This document shows positions 53,431 to 63,397 of a stretch of DNA of 64,000 nt, one piece after another. Each line of letters opens with the position of its first letter. The first letter of the stretch is position 1. The DNA is taken from the NCBI GenBank assembly GCA_035759945.1, contig DASTTX010000102.1, positions 2,027 to 66,026 on the forward strand, read 5' to 3'. The notes below the pieces were generated by a model that saw only the letters and a list, made by a program, of their open reading frames with translations, had not been told where the DNA came from and made no database searches. This DNA is from Candidatus Limnocylindria bacterium (lineage in GTDB: Bacteria; Chloroflexota; Limnocylindria; QHBO01). A program made the position numbers and the translations under genes.

Positions 53431-53776
53431 CGGCCGCCGCTGACGTCCCTCTGCCGATTCAGCCACCCACCCATCCGGCGGGCGAACCGCTGCCATGGCC
53501 CCAGTGCATCGGCGCCATTCCACATGACGTTCACGCCGCGTGGTGCTGCGCCAGTCCATTTGGGCTCCCGCCGCACGAGAGACGCGCCGGCGGGCGCCTC
53601 AAGCGCACGGGCCGCCAATCAACTGGCGCAGCGCCACGCGGCGGGAGGCTCGTGCGGATTGGCACCAATAGAGTGGCGCCGGCTCAGGGCGAGACCGGGC
53701 TGCGACCGACGCTCCCCGCCGACGGGTGCGAGATCACCCGCTACACTCCCCCGCGAGGAGGGCTGCCCGAGCACCG

Positions 53777-54334
53777 ATGATCATCAAGACCGAACGCCGC
53801 GCCGGTGGCGAGCGACGCCAGGCCGAGGATCCATTCGCACCGGACCGCCGCGGCGGCGATCGGCGCACGATGTGCTGGGAGGTCGAGAACTGCGACCTCA
53901 CGATCCGATATCGGTGTCCCGCCTTCATTCTGCGCCGCCCGTGCTGGGAGCTGTGGGCGGTGGAGGGCATCGGCCCAGCGCGGGCGTGCTGCTACAACGA
54001 CAAGGAGTGCGAGCCGGGCCGATGCATCATCGCCGAGAAGCGCTTCGCCGGCACCCCCGAGCCGCTGACCGTCCATGTCGGCCGTCGTGGCGTGCCGCTC
54101 GGCTACACCAAGCCGCGGCGCCACCACTGCCCGCACTTCTATCTGACCCACGGTGCCAAGGGCCGCATCCCGATCCAGGCGCCACAGCTCATGCGCACCC
54201 TGATGAAGCAGGAGGGCACGGTCGCACGATGCGAGCTGCGCGGCGGAGTGCATCTCGATTCAGGCTACGTCAACGACCTGTGCCTGACCGGCCAGTTCAA
54301 TGACTGCGTCTTCTACGAGGACGCCGCGGACTGA
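53777..54334 (+). CDS. Hypothetical cysteine-rich protein (about 14 Cys in 185 aa)
   Basis: Probable start MIIKTERRAGGERRQ (ATG at 53777). Many CxxC/CC spacings. No family recognised. Precedes folC. Confidence 0.4.
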   Translation: MIIKTERRAGGERRQAEDPFAPDRRGGDRRTMCWEVENCDLTIRYRCPAFILRRPCWELWAVEGIGPARACCYNDKECEPGRCIIAEKRFAGTPEPLTVHVGRRGVPLGYTKPRRHHCPHFYLTHGAKGRIPIQAPQLMRTLMKQEGTVARCELRGGVHLDSGYVNDLCLTGQFNDCVFYEDAAD

Positions 54335-55643
54335 GCGCTTGACGCTCTCCTACGCCGACGCGGTCCGCGAGCTCACCGAGCGCGGACGCTTCGGGATCAG
54401 CATGGGCCTCGAGCGCGTCGAGCGACTCATGGCGGAGGTCGGCCATCCCGAGCGAAGACTCCGCGGGGCGCTGATCGGCGGAACCAACGGCAAGGGCTCC
54501 GTGGTGGCCATGACCCGATCGGTCCTGAACGCGGCCGGCTTCCGCGTCGGCAGCATGCCGAAGCCGCACCTGGTCAGCTATCGCGAGCGCGTGGCCATCG
54601 ACGGTGAGCCGATCGACGCCGATGCCTTCGCGGCCATGGTCGAGCGCGTGCTCCCCGCGATCGACCGCGTGACGAAGGCGGTAGGCCCGCCGACCGAGTT
54701 CGAGGCGCTCACCGCGGCCGCGATCAGCGAGCTCGCCCGCCGCGAGGTCGACCTGGCCATCGTGGAAGTTGGGATGGGCGGCCGGCTCGACGCCACGAAC
54801 GTGCTCGACCTGGGCGTGGCGGTCATCACCAACGTCCAGCGCGACCACGAGGCATACCTGGGCAACACCTTGACGAAGATCGGCGGTGAGAAGGCGCCGA
54901 TCATCAAGTCCGGCGACCTCGCCGTCACCGGCGCATCGGGCCGCGGACTGCGGCCGATCCTCGATCGCTGCGCCGCGCTCGACGTGCCGCTGCGACGGGC
55001 CGGTCGCCGGCAGGCCTACCGCGCGCGCGTCGTCGCCAGCGGCTGGCAGGGCATCACGGTCGACGTCAGCACGCCGACGCGGCATCTGGCGGATCTCAGG
55101 ATCGGGCTGCTCGGCGCACACCAGGCCGATAACGCCGCCGTCGCGCTGGGTGTGCTCGAGGCGCTGTCCGAGCGCTGGAACATCACCATTGGTGACGACG
55201 CAATCCGCGCCGGCATGGCCGCGGCCCGCTGGCCGGGCCGGCTGGAGCTGCTCGACGGTGGTCCGCACGGCCGCGTCCTGCTGGACGGCGCGCACAACCC
55301 CGCCGGTGCCGCGGCACTCGCGACGGCGCTCGCCGACCTGGGCGTCCAGCGCCCGATCGTCGTGTTCGGTGCCATGCGGGGCAAGAAGGTGCGCGCCGTC
55401 CTGCGTGCGCTCGAACCCCTCGACCCACGATTCATCTTCACCCGCGTCAGCGACCCCAAGGCAATGAAGCCCGATGCGTTGGCCGCCGCGTGGCGCGCCG
55501 TGTCGGGGCAGCCGTCGCTGACGGCACCAACCGCGCGCGATGCCCTGACCATGGCCTACGCCGATCCGGTCGTGGTGGCCGGCTCCCTCTACCTGGTGGG
55601 CGAGGTGCGCGGCATCCTGACCGGCACGAGGGAGGACGCCTGA
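54300..55643 (+). CDS. folC: Bifunctional folylpolyglutamate synthase / dihydrofolate synthase
   Basis: GGTNGKGS P-loop and Mur-ligase-family organisation. The true start may be the TTG at 54339 rather than the ATG at 54300, which overlaps the upstream ORF. Confidence 0.85.
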   Translation: MTASSTRTPRTERLTLSYADAVRELTERGRFGISMGLERVERLMAEVGHPERRLRGALIGGTNGKGSVVAMTRSVLNAAGFRVGSMPKPHLVSYRERVAIDGEPIDADAFAAMVERVLPAIDRVTKAVGPPTEFEALTAAAISELARREVDLAIVEVGMGGRLDATNVLDLGVAVITNVQRDHEAYLGNTLTKIGGEKAPIIKSGDLAVTGASGRGLRPILDRCAALDVPLRRAGRRQAYRARVVASGWQGITVDVSTPTRHLADLRIGLLGAHQADNAAVALGVLEALSERWNITIGDDAIRAGMAAARWPGRLELLDGGPHGRVLLDGAHNPAGAAALATALADLGVQRPIVVFGAMRGKKVRAVLRALEPLDPRFIFTRVSDPKAMKPDALAAAWRAVSGQPSLTAPTARDALTMAYADPVVVAGSLYLVGEVRGILTGTREDA

Positions 55644-56492
55644 GTGGCTCCGCCGCTGGCCTGGGGGTCGAGGACGTACCTCATGGGCATCGTCAACGTC
55701 ACGCCCGACTCGTTCTCCGGCGATGGCCTGGCCGACGGCCGTCCGATCGACGAGGTCGTGACGGCGGCGCTGGCACAGGCTCGCGCATTCGTTGACGCGG
55801 GTGCCGAGATCATCGACGTCGGTGCAGAGTCCACCCGACCGCGCAGCGCGTATGGCGACCATCCCGAGATCGACGCCGAGGTCGAAGCCGCCCTCGCGGT
55901 CCCGGTAGTTCGGGCCATCGTGGAGGATTTGGGGCCGCGCGCCGTGGTCAGCATCGACACCAGCAAGGGCAACGTCGCCGCGGCGGCACTCGAGGCCGGC
56001 GCGACGATCGTCAACGACGTGTGGGCCGCGCGTCGAGACCCGGGCACCGCCAATGCGGCAGCCCACCACGGCGCGCACCTCGTCCTGATGCACAACCAGG
56101 AGGGCGCCGACTACGCCGACGGGGTCTTCCACACGGTCGTGCGAGAGCTGGGCGAAGCGGTCGGGCACGCCATCGGCCGAGGCGTGCCGCGTGAACGGTT
56201 GATCGTCGACCCGGGCATCGGCTTCGGGAAGGGCACCGACCAGAACCTCGAGCTCCTCCATCGGCTGGGCGAGCTGAAGACCGCGCTGGGTGGGCTGCCG
56301 CTGCTGATCGGGACGAGCCGCAAGCGGTTCATCGGTGCCTTGCTCGATGGCGCGGCGCCGGACGACCGCGTCGAGGGCACGGCGGCGACCGTGGCGCTGG
56401 CTATCGCGGCCGGCGCGGACATCGTCCGCGTGCATGACGTCGCCCACCTCGCTCGCACGCGACGCGTGGCTGACGCCATCATTCGCCGATGA
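55644..56492 (+). CDS. folP: Dihydropteroate synthase
   Basis: MGIVNVTPDSFSGDG pterin-binding motif. Confidence 0.9.
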   Translation: MAPPLAWGSRTYLMGIVNVTPDSFSGDGLADGRPIDEVVTAALAQARAFVDAGAEIIDVGAESTRPRSAYGDHPEIDAEVEAALAVPVVRAIVEDLGPRAVVSIDTSKGNVAAAALEAGATIVNDVWAARRDPGTANAAAHHGAHLVLMHNQEGADYADGVFHTVVRELGEAVGHAIGRGVPRERLIVDPGIGFGKGTDQNLELLHRLGELKTALGGLPLLIGTSRKRFIGALLDGAAPDDRVEGTAATVALAIAAGADIVRVHDVAHLARTRRVADAIIRR

Positions 56493-56887
56493 ACGACGAC
56501 TTCCCGGATCGGCTCAGCCTGCTCGGCATGCGCTTCGAGGCGCTGCACGGCGTGCTCGCCAGCGAGAAGGTCGACCCGCAGCCGTTCGAGGTCGACCTGG
56601 TCCTGCACGTCGATCTCGACGACGTGGCGCGAACGGATGCGCTTGAGGACACCGTCGACTACCGCGGGATGCACGAGCTGGTCGACTCGATCGTGATGGG
56701 GCCGAGCTTCAACCTGATCGAGGGGCTGGCCGGTGCGATCGCGCGCGCCGTGCTGGCGGGCACCGATCCGAGGTTGGTGGGTGCGGTCGAGGTTCGCGTC
56801 CGCAAGCCCGAGGCGCCGCTGCCCGGTGAGCTGGACACGGTCGAGGCGGCGCTTCTTCGGCGCCGCCCCGATGTCGCTGGCGAGTGA
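56489..56887 (+). CDS. folB: Dihydroneopterin aldolase
   Basis: 132 aa with a FolB pattern (GMRFEALHGVLASEK..QPFEVDL). Overlaps the folP stop. Confidence 0.75.
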   Translation: MNDDFPDRLSLLGMRFEALHGVLASEKVDPQPFEVDLVLHVDLDDVARTDALEDTVDYRGMHELVDSIVMGPSFNLIEGLAGAIARAVLAGTDPRLVGAVEVRVRKPEAPLPGELDTVEAALLRRRPDVAGE

Positions 56888-56893
56888 ATCGGA

Positions 56894-58183
56894 CTAGAGG
56901 TCGGAGGGCAGCTCGCCCAGCGTGACCTCGATCTCCTGCGCGGAGTTGCCGCGCAGCACGCGCAGCGTGACGGTGTCACCCGGATCGTGGCCGACGATCA
57001 GCATCGACAGGTCCGTATCCACGCTGATCTGCTCGCCGTCGACCGCCACGATCACGTCGCCGGCCTGCACACCAGCCGCTTCCGCGGGGCTGCCGGGGAT
57101 GACGGCGGGCTGATCGCTGCCGCTGGAGACGAGCGCCCCGTAGTCGACCGGCAGGTCCTGATCCTCGGCGATGGCCGGGGTCACCGGCATGTAGCGCACG
57201 CCGATGTACGGACGCACCAGCTCCTCGCCCTTGATCGCCTGCTCCATGATCGGCTTGGCGACGTCGATCGGGATGGCGAAGCCGAGGCCCTGCGCGCTGG
57301 TGCTGACGGCGGTGTTGACGCCGATGACCTGGCCGGCGCTGTTGATGAGCGGTCCGCCCGAGTTGCCGGGGTTGATGGCCGCATCGGTCTGGATGAGGTT
57401 GTTGAGCTGTTCGGCGCTCGTCTGGCTGGCATCCGATGCGGTGATCTGCCGCCCGAGCCCGGACACCACGCCGGTGGTGACGGTGTTCTCGTAGCCGAGC
57501 GGGTTGCCGATGGCGATGGCCAGCTGACCCGGCTCGAGGCCGGATGATGTGCCGACCGGCGCCTCCGGAAGATCATCGGCGTCGATGGTGACGATGGCCA
57601 GGTCGGTCAGCGTGTCGATGCCGTAGACCGTGCCCGGGAAGCGGCGCCCGTCGTTGAGGATGACGGTGAGCTCGGTGGCGTCCTGTACCACGTGACGGTT
57701 GGTCAGGATGAAGCCGCGCGAGTCGAAGATGAAGCCGGATCCGGTGCCGGCGGTGGCTCCCAGGAAGCCGCCACCTCGCGTCTGGATGGTCACGACGGCG
57801 GGAGTGATCTTGTCGACGGCGGTGATGACGGCGCTCGACTCGTCGATGCGGACGTCGCTGACGGGGTTGGCGTTCGGGCTGCCGGTCGCGCTGGCAGGCG
57901 CGTCGGCGACCGGGGCCGGCATCAGGTTGGTGACAGCGACCGCGGAGAAGGCGCCCGCGACGATCCCGGCCACGACGGCGATCGCAATGATCGGCAGCGC
58001 GCCGAGCCCTGAGCGGACGCGCGCCGGCTGGGGTGGAGCGGGCGGACGGCTCGACCAGGCGGGGGCGGCCTGCCACGAGCCGTGGCTGGTGTCGCGCGGC
58101 GGAGGACCGTAATGCTGCACCTCGACCGGCTGGGTCGGGTCGTTCGGACGCGAACGGGGTGGTTGGTTGGGGTCGAATGTCAT
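56894..58183 (-). CDS. htrA: HtrA/DegP-family trypsin-like serine protease with a PDZ domain
   Basis: Catalytic GNSGGPL motif, N-terminal membrane anchor, C-terminal PDZ. Confidence 0.85.
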   Translation of the reverse strand: MTFDPNQPPRSRPNDPTQPVEVQHYGPPPRDTSHGSWQAAPAWSSRPPAPPQPARVRSGLGALPIIAIAVVAGIVAGAFSAVAVTNLMPAPVADAPASATGSPNANPVSDVRIDESSAVITAVDKITPAVVTIQTRGGGFLGATAGTGSGFIFDSRGFILTNRHVVQDATELTVILNDGRRFPGTVYGIDTLTDLAIVTIDADDLPEAPVGTSSGLEPGQLAIAIGNPLGYENTVTTGVVSGLGRQITASDASQTSAEQLNNLIQTDAAINPGNSGGPLINSAGQVIGVNTAVSTSAQGLGFAIPIDVAKPIMEQAIKGEELVRPYIGVRYMPVTPAIAEDQDLPVDYGALVSSGSDQPAVIPGSPAEAAGVQAGDVIVAVDGEQISVDTDLSMLIVGHDPGDTVTLRVLRGNSAQEIEVTLGELPSDL

Positions 58184-58229
58184 CGCTGTCTGCCTGTGCT
58201 TTCTGCTTGCCTCGCCGGGCGGGCAAGAC

Positions 58230-59804
58230 TCAGGCTACGGTTCCCGGATTGCGCGCAGGATGCGTCGCGCGTGAAGTTTCGTTGACCTTGTCCTCGAGCG
58301 CATCCGTGCGTCGCTCGAGGCGTCGTGGCAGCGTGATCGTGAACTCCGTGCCGCGGCCGACCTCGCTGGCGAGGTCGATCTCGCCCTCGTGCATGTCCAC
58401 GATCGAGCGCACGATGGCCAGCCCCAGCCCGCTTCCCGACGCTCGAGCGTCTCCGGTGTTCGTGCCGCGGTAGAAGCGTTCGAAGATGCGCGGCAGCTCG
58501 TCCGCCGGGATGCCCGGACCGGTGTCGCGCACGGTGATGGTCGCGTTGTCGGCGTCCGACTGCAGCCGGACCGATGCGCTCCCGCCGCGCGGCGTGAACT
58601 TCAGTGCGTTCCCGACGAGGTTCGTCATGAGCTGCACGATGCGCTCACGGTCGAAGCGCATCTCGACCGGTTCCGCCGGCACGACCGAGTCGAGCGCCAC
58701 CCCGCGCTGGACGGCAGACTCGCTGAAGGCCTGCACCACGGCCTGGATCGGATCGCGAATGTCGCCCTCGCGGATGTCGAGCGGGAAGATGCCCGCATCG
58801 ATGCGCGACAGGTCGAGCAGGTTCGTGCTCAACCATTCGAGCCGGCTGATCTGGGCCATCGAGCTCTCGAGGAACTCCTTGCGCGTGGCTTCGTCGACTT
58901 CGCCCTCGTGCTGAAGCTCGGTGTACAGGCGGAGCGCCGCGATCGGCGTGCGGAGCTCGTGGCTGACGTCGGCGACGAACTCGCGCAGCCGGTCTCGATC
59001 GGCCTCGAGCATGCGCAGGGTGCCGGCAAGGCGGTCGGCCATGATGTTGAACTGCTGGCCGAGCTCGTCGATCTCGAGCACCCCGGACGGGTCGGCGCGC
59101 TCGTCGAGCTGACCCTGTGCCACCTTTCCGGCCACGCGCCGCAGACGGCCGATGGGGACCGTGAGGCTGCGCGCGGCGATGACGCCGGTGATCACCGACG
59201 CCACCAGCGCGAGCAGGCCGGCTCCGATGATGGCGCCCGTGATCTGGGCCAGGGTCTCCTGGCGGCTGGTGTACGGGTCGCTGAACACGATCTGGTAGGA
59301 GATCACCTCGCCGCTGGGCAACGTGATCGGAATCTCCACGCCGACCGTCCCGACGTTGCTGTCGCGCCGGAGCCCCTGCTCCTCCAGGAGCGCGACGTTG
59401 GAGGGACTCTCGGTCGCGATGGCCCCGCCGCCGGCGGTCTGGATGGTCACGGTCGCCGCGAAGATGCCGGCGGCGCGCGCCGCAACCGGGCGGACGATCT
59501 CGACGTTGCGGATCTCCTCCACGCTGGCCCAGTTGATCGGCGCCTCGTTGATCTCCTGCTCGAGCAGGAGGCCGGTGCCGCGTACCGACGCCTCCATGCG
59601 ACCGATCGTCTGCTCGCGGAAGTAGCCGGGGAGGATCTGGCTGATGGCAATGCCGGAAACGATGAGACCGACCAGCGCGACGATCGCGAGGGCGAGGACG
59701 AGCCGAACGTTGAGCCGCTTGACGATCGCTCCCGGGCCGCGCGGATCGAAGCGCGCCCAGCGGCCGGCGATCGAGCGGTCCGGCTCAGTCCTCGGCGAAG
59801 GCAT
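58230..59804 (-). CDS. Sensor histidine kinase (TM-HAMP-HisKA-HATPase)
   Basis: H-box VSHELRTPIAAL. N, G1 and G2 boxes (NLVGNALKFT, DTGPGIP, GSGLGLAIV). Confidence 0.85.
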   Translation of the reverse strand: MPSPRTEPDRSIAGRWARFDPRGPGAIVKRLNVRLVLALAIVALVGLIVSGIAISQILPGYFREQTIGRMEASVRGTGLLLEQEINEAPINWASVEEIRNVEIVRPVAARAAGIFAATVTIQTAGGGAIATESPSNVALLEEQGLRRDSNVGTVGVEIPITLPSGEVISYQIVFSDPYTSRQETLAQITGAIIGAGLLALVASVITGVIAARSLTVPIGRLRRVAGKVAQGQLDERADPSGVLEIDELGQQFNIMADRLAGTLRMLEADRDRLREFVADVSHELRTPIAALRLYTELQHEGEVDEATRKEFLESSMAQISRLEWLSTNLLDLSRIDAGIFPLDIREGDIRDPIQAVVQAFSESAVQRGVALDSVVPAEPVEMRFDRERIVQLMTNLVGNALKFTPRGGSASVRLQSDADNATITVRDTGPGIPADELPRIFERFYRGTNTGDARASGSGLGLAIVRSIVDMHEGEIDLASEVGRGTEFTITLPRRLERRTDALEDKVNETSRATHPARNPGTVA

Positions 59805-60483
59805 ACCCGACGCCCCTCACCGTCCGGATATAGCGCGGCTGTGACGGATCGGGCTCGACCTTGTCCCGGATATGGCTGATGTGGACGTTGATGGTCCGTT
59901 CGTCCTGCTCGAGGGCGTCGTCGTAGTCCCGAACCAGCTCCAACAGCTGGCTGCGCGTGTACACCCGACCCGGCTTCGAGGCCAGGTGGCGGAGCAGGTC
60001 GAACTCGGTCGTGGTCAGGCCGATGCGCTCGCCGTCGCGCGTCACCCGCCGCCGCTCGAGATCGATGACCAGGTCCTTGCGCCGCAGGGTGCGGCCGGTC
60101 TGCGTATCGGCGAGCTCGCCGTAGGCACGCCGCAGCAGCGCCTTGATGCGGCTGACGAGCTCGCGATGGCTGAAGGGCTTGACGATGTAGTCATCGGCGC
60201 CCATCTCCAGCCCGACGACCTTGTCCACCTCATCGGCCCGGGCGGTGAGGAAGAGGACCGGCGCGCGCGTCTCGCGGCGCAGCTGACGCAGCACCTCGAA
60301 GCCGTCGATGCCCGGGAGGCGCACGTCGAGCACCACCAGGTCCGGGACGGCATCGGCGAAGTTGGCCAGCGCATCCTCGCCAGTGGGCTGGACGCTGACC
60401 TCGTAGCCCTCGCGCTCGAGGGCGACCTGGACACCGCGCGCCACGGCGGGCTCGTCCTCGACGATCATGATCGTGCCGGCCAT
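59785..60483 (-). CDS. OmpR-family response regulator
   Basis: Receiver domain (IMIVEDEP...LVVLDVRLPGIDG) plus a winged-helix trans_reg_C domain. Overlaps the kinase start. Confidence 0.85.
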   Translation of the reverse strand: MAGTIMIVEDEPAVARGVQVALEREGYEVSVQPTGEDALANFADAVPDLVVLDVRLPGIDGFEVLRQLRRETRAPVLFLTARADEVDKVVGLEMGADDYIVKPFSHRELVSRIKALLRRAYGELADTQTGRTLRRKDLVIDLERRRVTRDGERIGLTTTEFDLLRHLASKPGRVYTRSQLLELVRDYDDALEQDERTINVHISHIRDKVEPDPSQPRYIRTVRGVGYAFAED

Positions 60484-60555
60484 CGGTCGCAGTATAGGAA
60501 CGAATTCGCCTTTGGCCGGTTAGCGTGCCTTGAAGAAGCGTTAACCCAGCCGTTG

Positions 60556-60683
60556 CTCGATCTATCGAGCCGATCGCGCCGCATGGGTTGGGCAGGCGCG
60601 CTTTCCGCGATCTATCGAGGCCTGGTGAGCGTGAGGAGCGCGCCCGTGCGCCCCTCGTGTGTATCCGCTCTCGATGGATCGAG
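60556..60683. promoter_or_regulatory. Three copies of a 14-bp palindrome CTCGAT-NN-ATCGAG in the intergenic region between the two-component operon and rplY/ctc
   Basis: Perfect copies at 60556-60569 (CTCGATCTATCGAG) and 60670-60683 (CTCGATGGATCGAG). One-mismatch copy at 60606-60619 (CGCGATCTATCGAG). A half-site copy near 60721. Confidence 0.5.
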
Positions 60684-60881
60684 TGAATGCGGCGCGGGAG
60701 GCGCCTCCGGTAAGCCGGCCTCGACTGATCGAGCCAGATGGATTGGGCGCGCTTGCCGGGGGGAGCCCCTCGCGGTACCATGCCGCCTCGCACCCGGATT
60801 GCACATTCGATGAGTTCGGCGCTGCCCGCCGCTCGGAAGAGCGTCCGAGGCGCCCGACGACCAGAGAGGATCACCCGACCG

Positions 60882-61589
60882 ATGGACCTGGAGCTCACCC
60901 TCGACGCGCGCGAGGCGCAGGGCAAGGCGAACAAGCGGCTCCGCCGCGAGGGCCTGGTGCCCGGCGTCGTGTATGGCAAGGGCGAGGACTCGACCAACGT
61001 CCAGGTCGACGCCAAGACCTTCGAGACGCTGTACCGAACGGCGGGCCGCACGTCGGTCGTGAAATTCCGCATCCCGGGCCACAACCGCGCCTCGAGCGGG
61101 TTCATCAAGAGCGTTCAGCGCCATCCGCTGACCGGGCGGGCGCTGCACGTCGACTACCTCCTCGTCAACCTGAAGGTCGAGATGGAGGTCGATATCCCGC
61201 TCGTCTTCGTCGGTGAGCCGCCGGCGGTCGAGGAGACCGGCGGCACGCTGCTCCACAACCTCTCGAGCATCCGGGTCAAGGCGCTGCCGGGCGATATCCC
61301 GCACGAGATCGAGGTCAACGTCTCGGTCCTCACCAGCCTCGACGTCGCGATTCACGTCCGTGACCTCAACCTCAACCGCGAGCTGGTCCAGGTCCTGACC
61401 GACGGCGACACGCTCGTCTCGACCGTGGTTCCGCCGCGCATCGAGGAGGAGCCGGAGACGGTCGTCGGCGAGGGCGAGCTCGAAGGCGAGGAGGGCACCG
61501 AAGGCGTCGCCGAGGGCGAGCCGACCGAGGGCGGCGAAGGCGCCGAGCCCGCCGAGGGCGAGCGCGCAGAGGGCGAATCCGAGTCCTGA
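60882..61589 (+). CDS. rplY: 50S ribosomal protein L25 / general stress protein Ctc (long form with an acidic tail)
   Basis: Start MDLELTLDAREAQGKANKRLRREGLVPGVVYG (ATG at 60882, AGAGAGGA RBS). Confidence 0.85.
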   Translation: MDLELTLDAREAQGKANKRLRREGLVPGVVYGKGEDSTNVQVDAKTFETLYRTAGRTSVVKFRIPGHNRASSGFIKSVQRHPLTGRALHVDYLLVNLKVEMEVDIPLVFVGEPPAVEETGGTLLHNLSSIRVKALPGDIPHEIEVNVSVLTSLDVAIHVRDLNLNRELVQVLTDGDTLVSTVVPPRIEEEPETVVGEGELEGEEGTEGVAEGEPTEGGEGAEPAEGERAEGESES

Positions 61590-61645
61590 CCGACCGGCCC
61601 CTGCTTGCGGGCAACATACGCCTGACGTACGGCGTCTCCGCGCCC

Positions 61646-62455
61646 ATGAAGATCGTCGGACCGATGCTCGTCGGGCTGCTCGCAGGCGCATGCGGCAGCC
61701 CCGCATCGACCGTCGAGCCGTCGACGGTGGTGGCAGCCACGGCGACCCCGACCGCGTCGGCAACCGCGGGTGGCGAGCCCGTCACCGCGATCAAGCTGCT
61801 CGAATGCGACGGCGCACCGTCCGAGGTTGGCGGCTCCGGGGAGATTCTCGCCTTCGACGGCGGCGGCGGTACACCCGACGAGGCGCTTGAGGCCTTCCTG
61901 GCCCATACCGTTTTCGTCATCCCGCGCACCGGCTACGAGCGGATCGCCCAGTCGGGCGAGCGCCACGCCTACGCCTACCGCGCCGGCGGCGAGGTGAAGG
62001 TGGTCGTCGTCATCTCGCCTCGCTTCGGAGAGCTCGCCGACGTCGCCTTCACGGCGGACGAGCTGCGCATGTGCCCGGAGGCCGAGTTCGGCTCGGAGGC
62101 CGAATTCGCCGATGAGCGGCGCGTCTGGACGCACACCGAGAGCGGCGCCATCCTCACCGACATCGCCGGGCCGGGGCACTGCGGCTGGCAGAGTGCCCGG
62201 ATCATGCACGTCGAGGAGGACGGCGTCCTGGCCAAGCAGTACCTCCGCGATCCGGAGGGCGTCTTCGACCAGGTGCCGCTGCGCCAAAGCTATGCCGAGG
62301 ACGTCGATCTGCCCGACGATGCGACCGACAGCGGCTACCGCAGCCCCGAGGGCTACGAGCTGTGGTTCACCCACAGCGACACCGCCGCCTACGTCGTGAC
62401 GCCCGAGGGCGTCGAGCGATGGCCGCGCCCCGTCGAGATCATCGGCTGCACCTGA
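61646..62455 (+). CDS. Hypothetical lipoprotein
   Basis: Lipobox LLAGACGS. 269 aa. No family recognised. Confidence 0.45.
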   Translation: MKIVGPMLVGLLAGACGSPASTVEPSTVVAATATPTASATAGGEPVTAIKLLECDGAPSEVGGSGEILAFDGGGGTPDEALEAFLAHTVFVIPRTGYERIAQSGERHAYAYRAGGEVKVVVVISPRFGELADVAFTADELRMCPEAEFGSEAEFADERRVWTHTESGAILTDIAGPGHCGWQSARIMHVEEDGVLAKQYLRDPEGVFDQVPLRQSYAEDVDLPDDATDSGYRSPEGYELWFTHSDTAAYVVTPEGVERWPRPVEIIGCT

Positions 62456-62457
62456 TT

Positions 62458-63378
62458 CTATTCGCCTATGGCCGCCTGCACGGCATTGCGGATCGCCTCC
62501 ACATTGGCCTCGAGCACGTAACCGCGGCCGTCACCCCGATCGCCCTCGAAGGTGATCAGCGGCGGCTGGATGACGATCTCGTTCACGTCGGCGTCGGTCG
62601 CGCGCCGGGCAAGCTCGACGAGCGTCGGCAGGTCGTCCAGCGGCAGATCGGTGTCGAGTGAGTCCAGCCCGTCGAGCAGGCGACGCAGGTCGACGTCGGC
62701 ATCCGGATCCACCAGTCGCGCGACGAGCGCCGTGAGCACCTCCTGCTGGCGGGCCATGCGCCCGTAGTCCTCGTCGACCCGGGTCCGCACGTAGCCCAGC
62801 GCGGTCGACGCATCGAGCGTCTGCGGCCCCGCCTCCAGGTCGAGATCGACGATGGGATCGGCGATCGGCTCCGACGGCGACACGCCGACACCGCCGGCGG
62901 CCTCGACGAGCGCCGCGACGTCGTCCATGTCGAGCACCACGTGCGCATCGATCTCGACGCCGTAGAGGGCCTCCATGGCGCCCACCAGTGCGTCGATGCC
63001 CTGCTCGGCGTAGAGGGCGTTGATCTTGTGCTCGTACGTTCCACCATCGGCCAGTGGCAGGTCGACCGTGTCACGCGGCAGGGACACCAGGGTCAGCTGT
63101 GACCGGTCCGGCGACAGGCTGACGAGCATCAGCGCGTCGGTGTTCGGCGCCTGCCCGTCGGCCTCCCGCTCCTCGTTCAGATCGGTCCCGACATACAGGA
63201 CGGTCCATCGCTTCTCCACCAATGTCGCATCGACAGATGCCGACGGCTCCGCCGTCGTCGACGCCTGCGCCGGGCCGCCACCCGGCACTGCGGCGGGAGG
63301 GCTGAGGAGGAGGAAGCCGATGACGGCGGCGGCAACGAGAACGGCGATGCCGATGATGACTGCGGGGGTGCGTTGCAT
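62458..63378 (-). CDS. LytR-CpsA-Psr (LCP) family protein
   Basis: N-terminal TM, then an LCP core (VLYVGTDLN...DALMLVSLSPD...LVSLPRDT). The start is ATG 63378 or TTG 63408. Confidence 0.8.
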   Translation of the reverse strand: MQRTPAVIIGIAVLVAAAVIGFLLLSPPAAVPGGGPAQASTTAEPSASVDATLVEKRWTVLYVGTDLNEEREADGQAPNTDALMLVSLSPDRSQLTLVSLPRDTVDLPLADGGTYEHKINALYAEQGIDALVGAMEALYGVEIDAHVVLDMDDVAALVEAAGGVGVSPSEPIADPIVDLDLEAGPQTLDASTALGYVRTRVDEDYGRMARQQEVLTALVARLVDPDADVDLRRLLDGLDSLDTDLPLDDLPTLVELARRATDADVNEIVIQPPLITFEGDRGDGRGYVLEANVEAIRNAVQAAIGE

Positions 63379-63397
63379 CACGTCATTATCGGGACGA

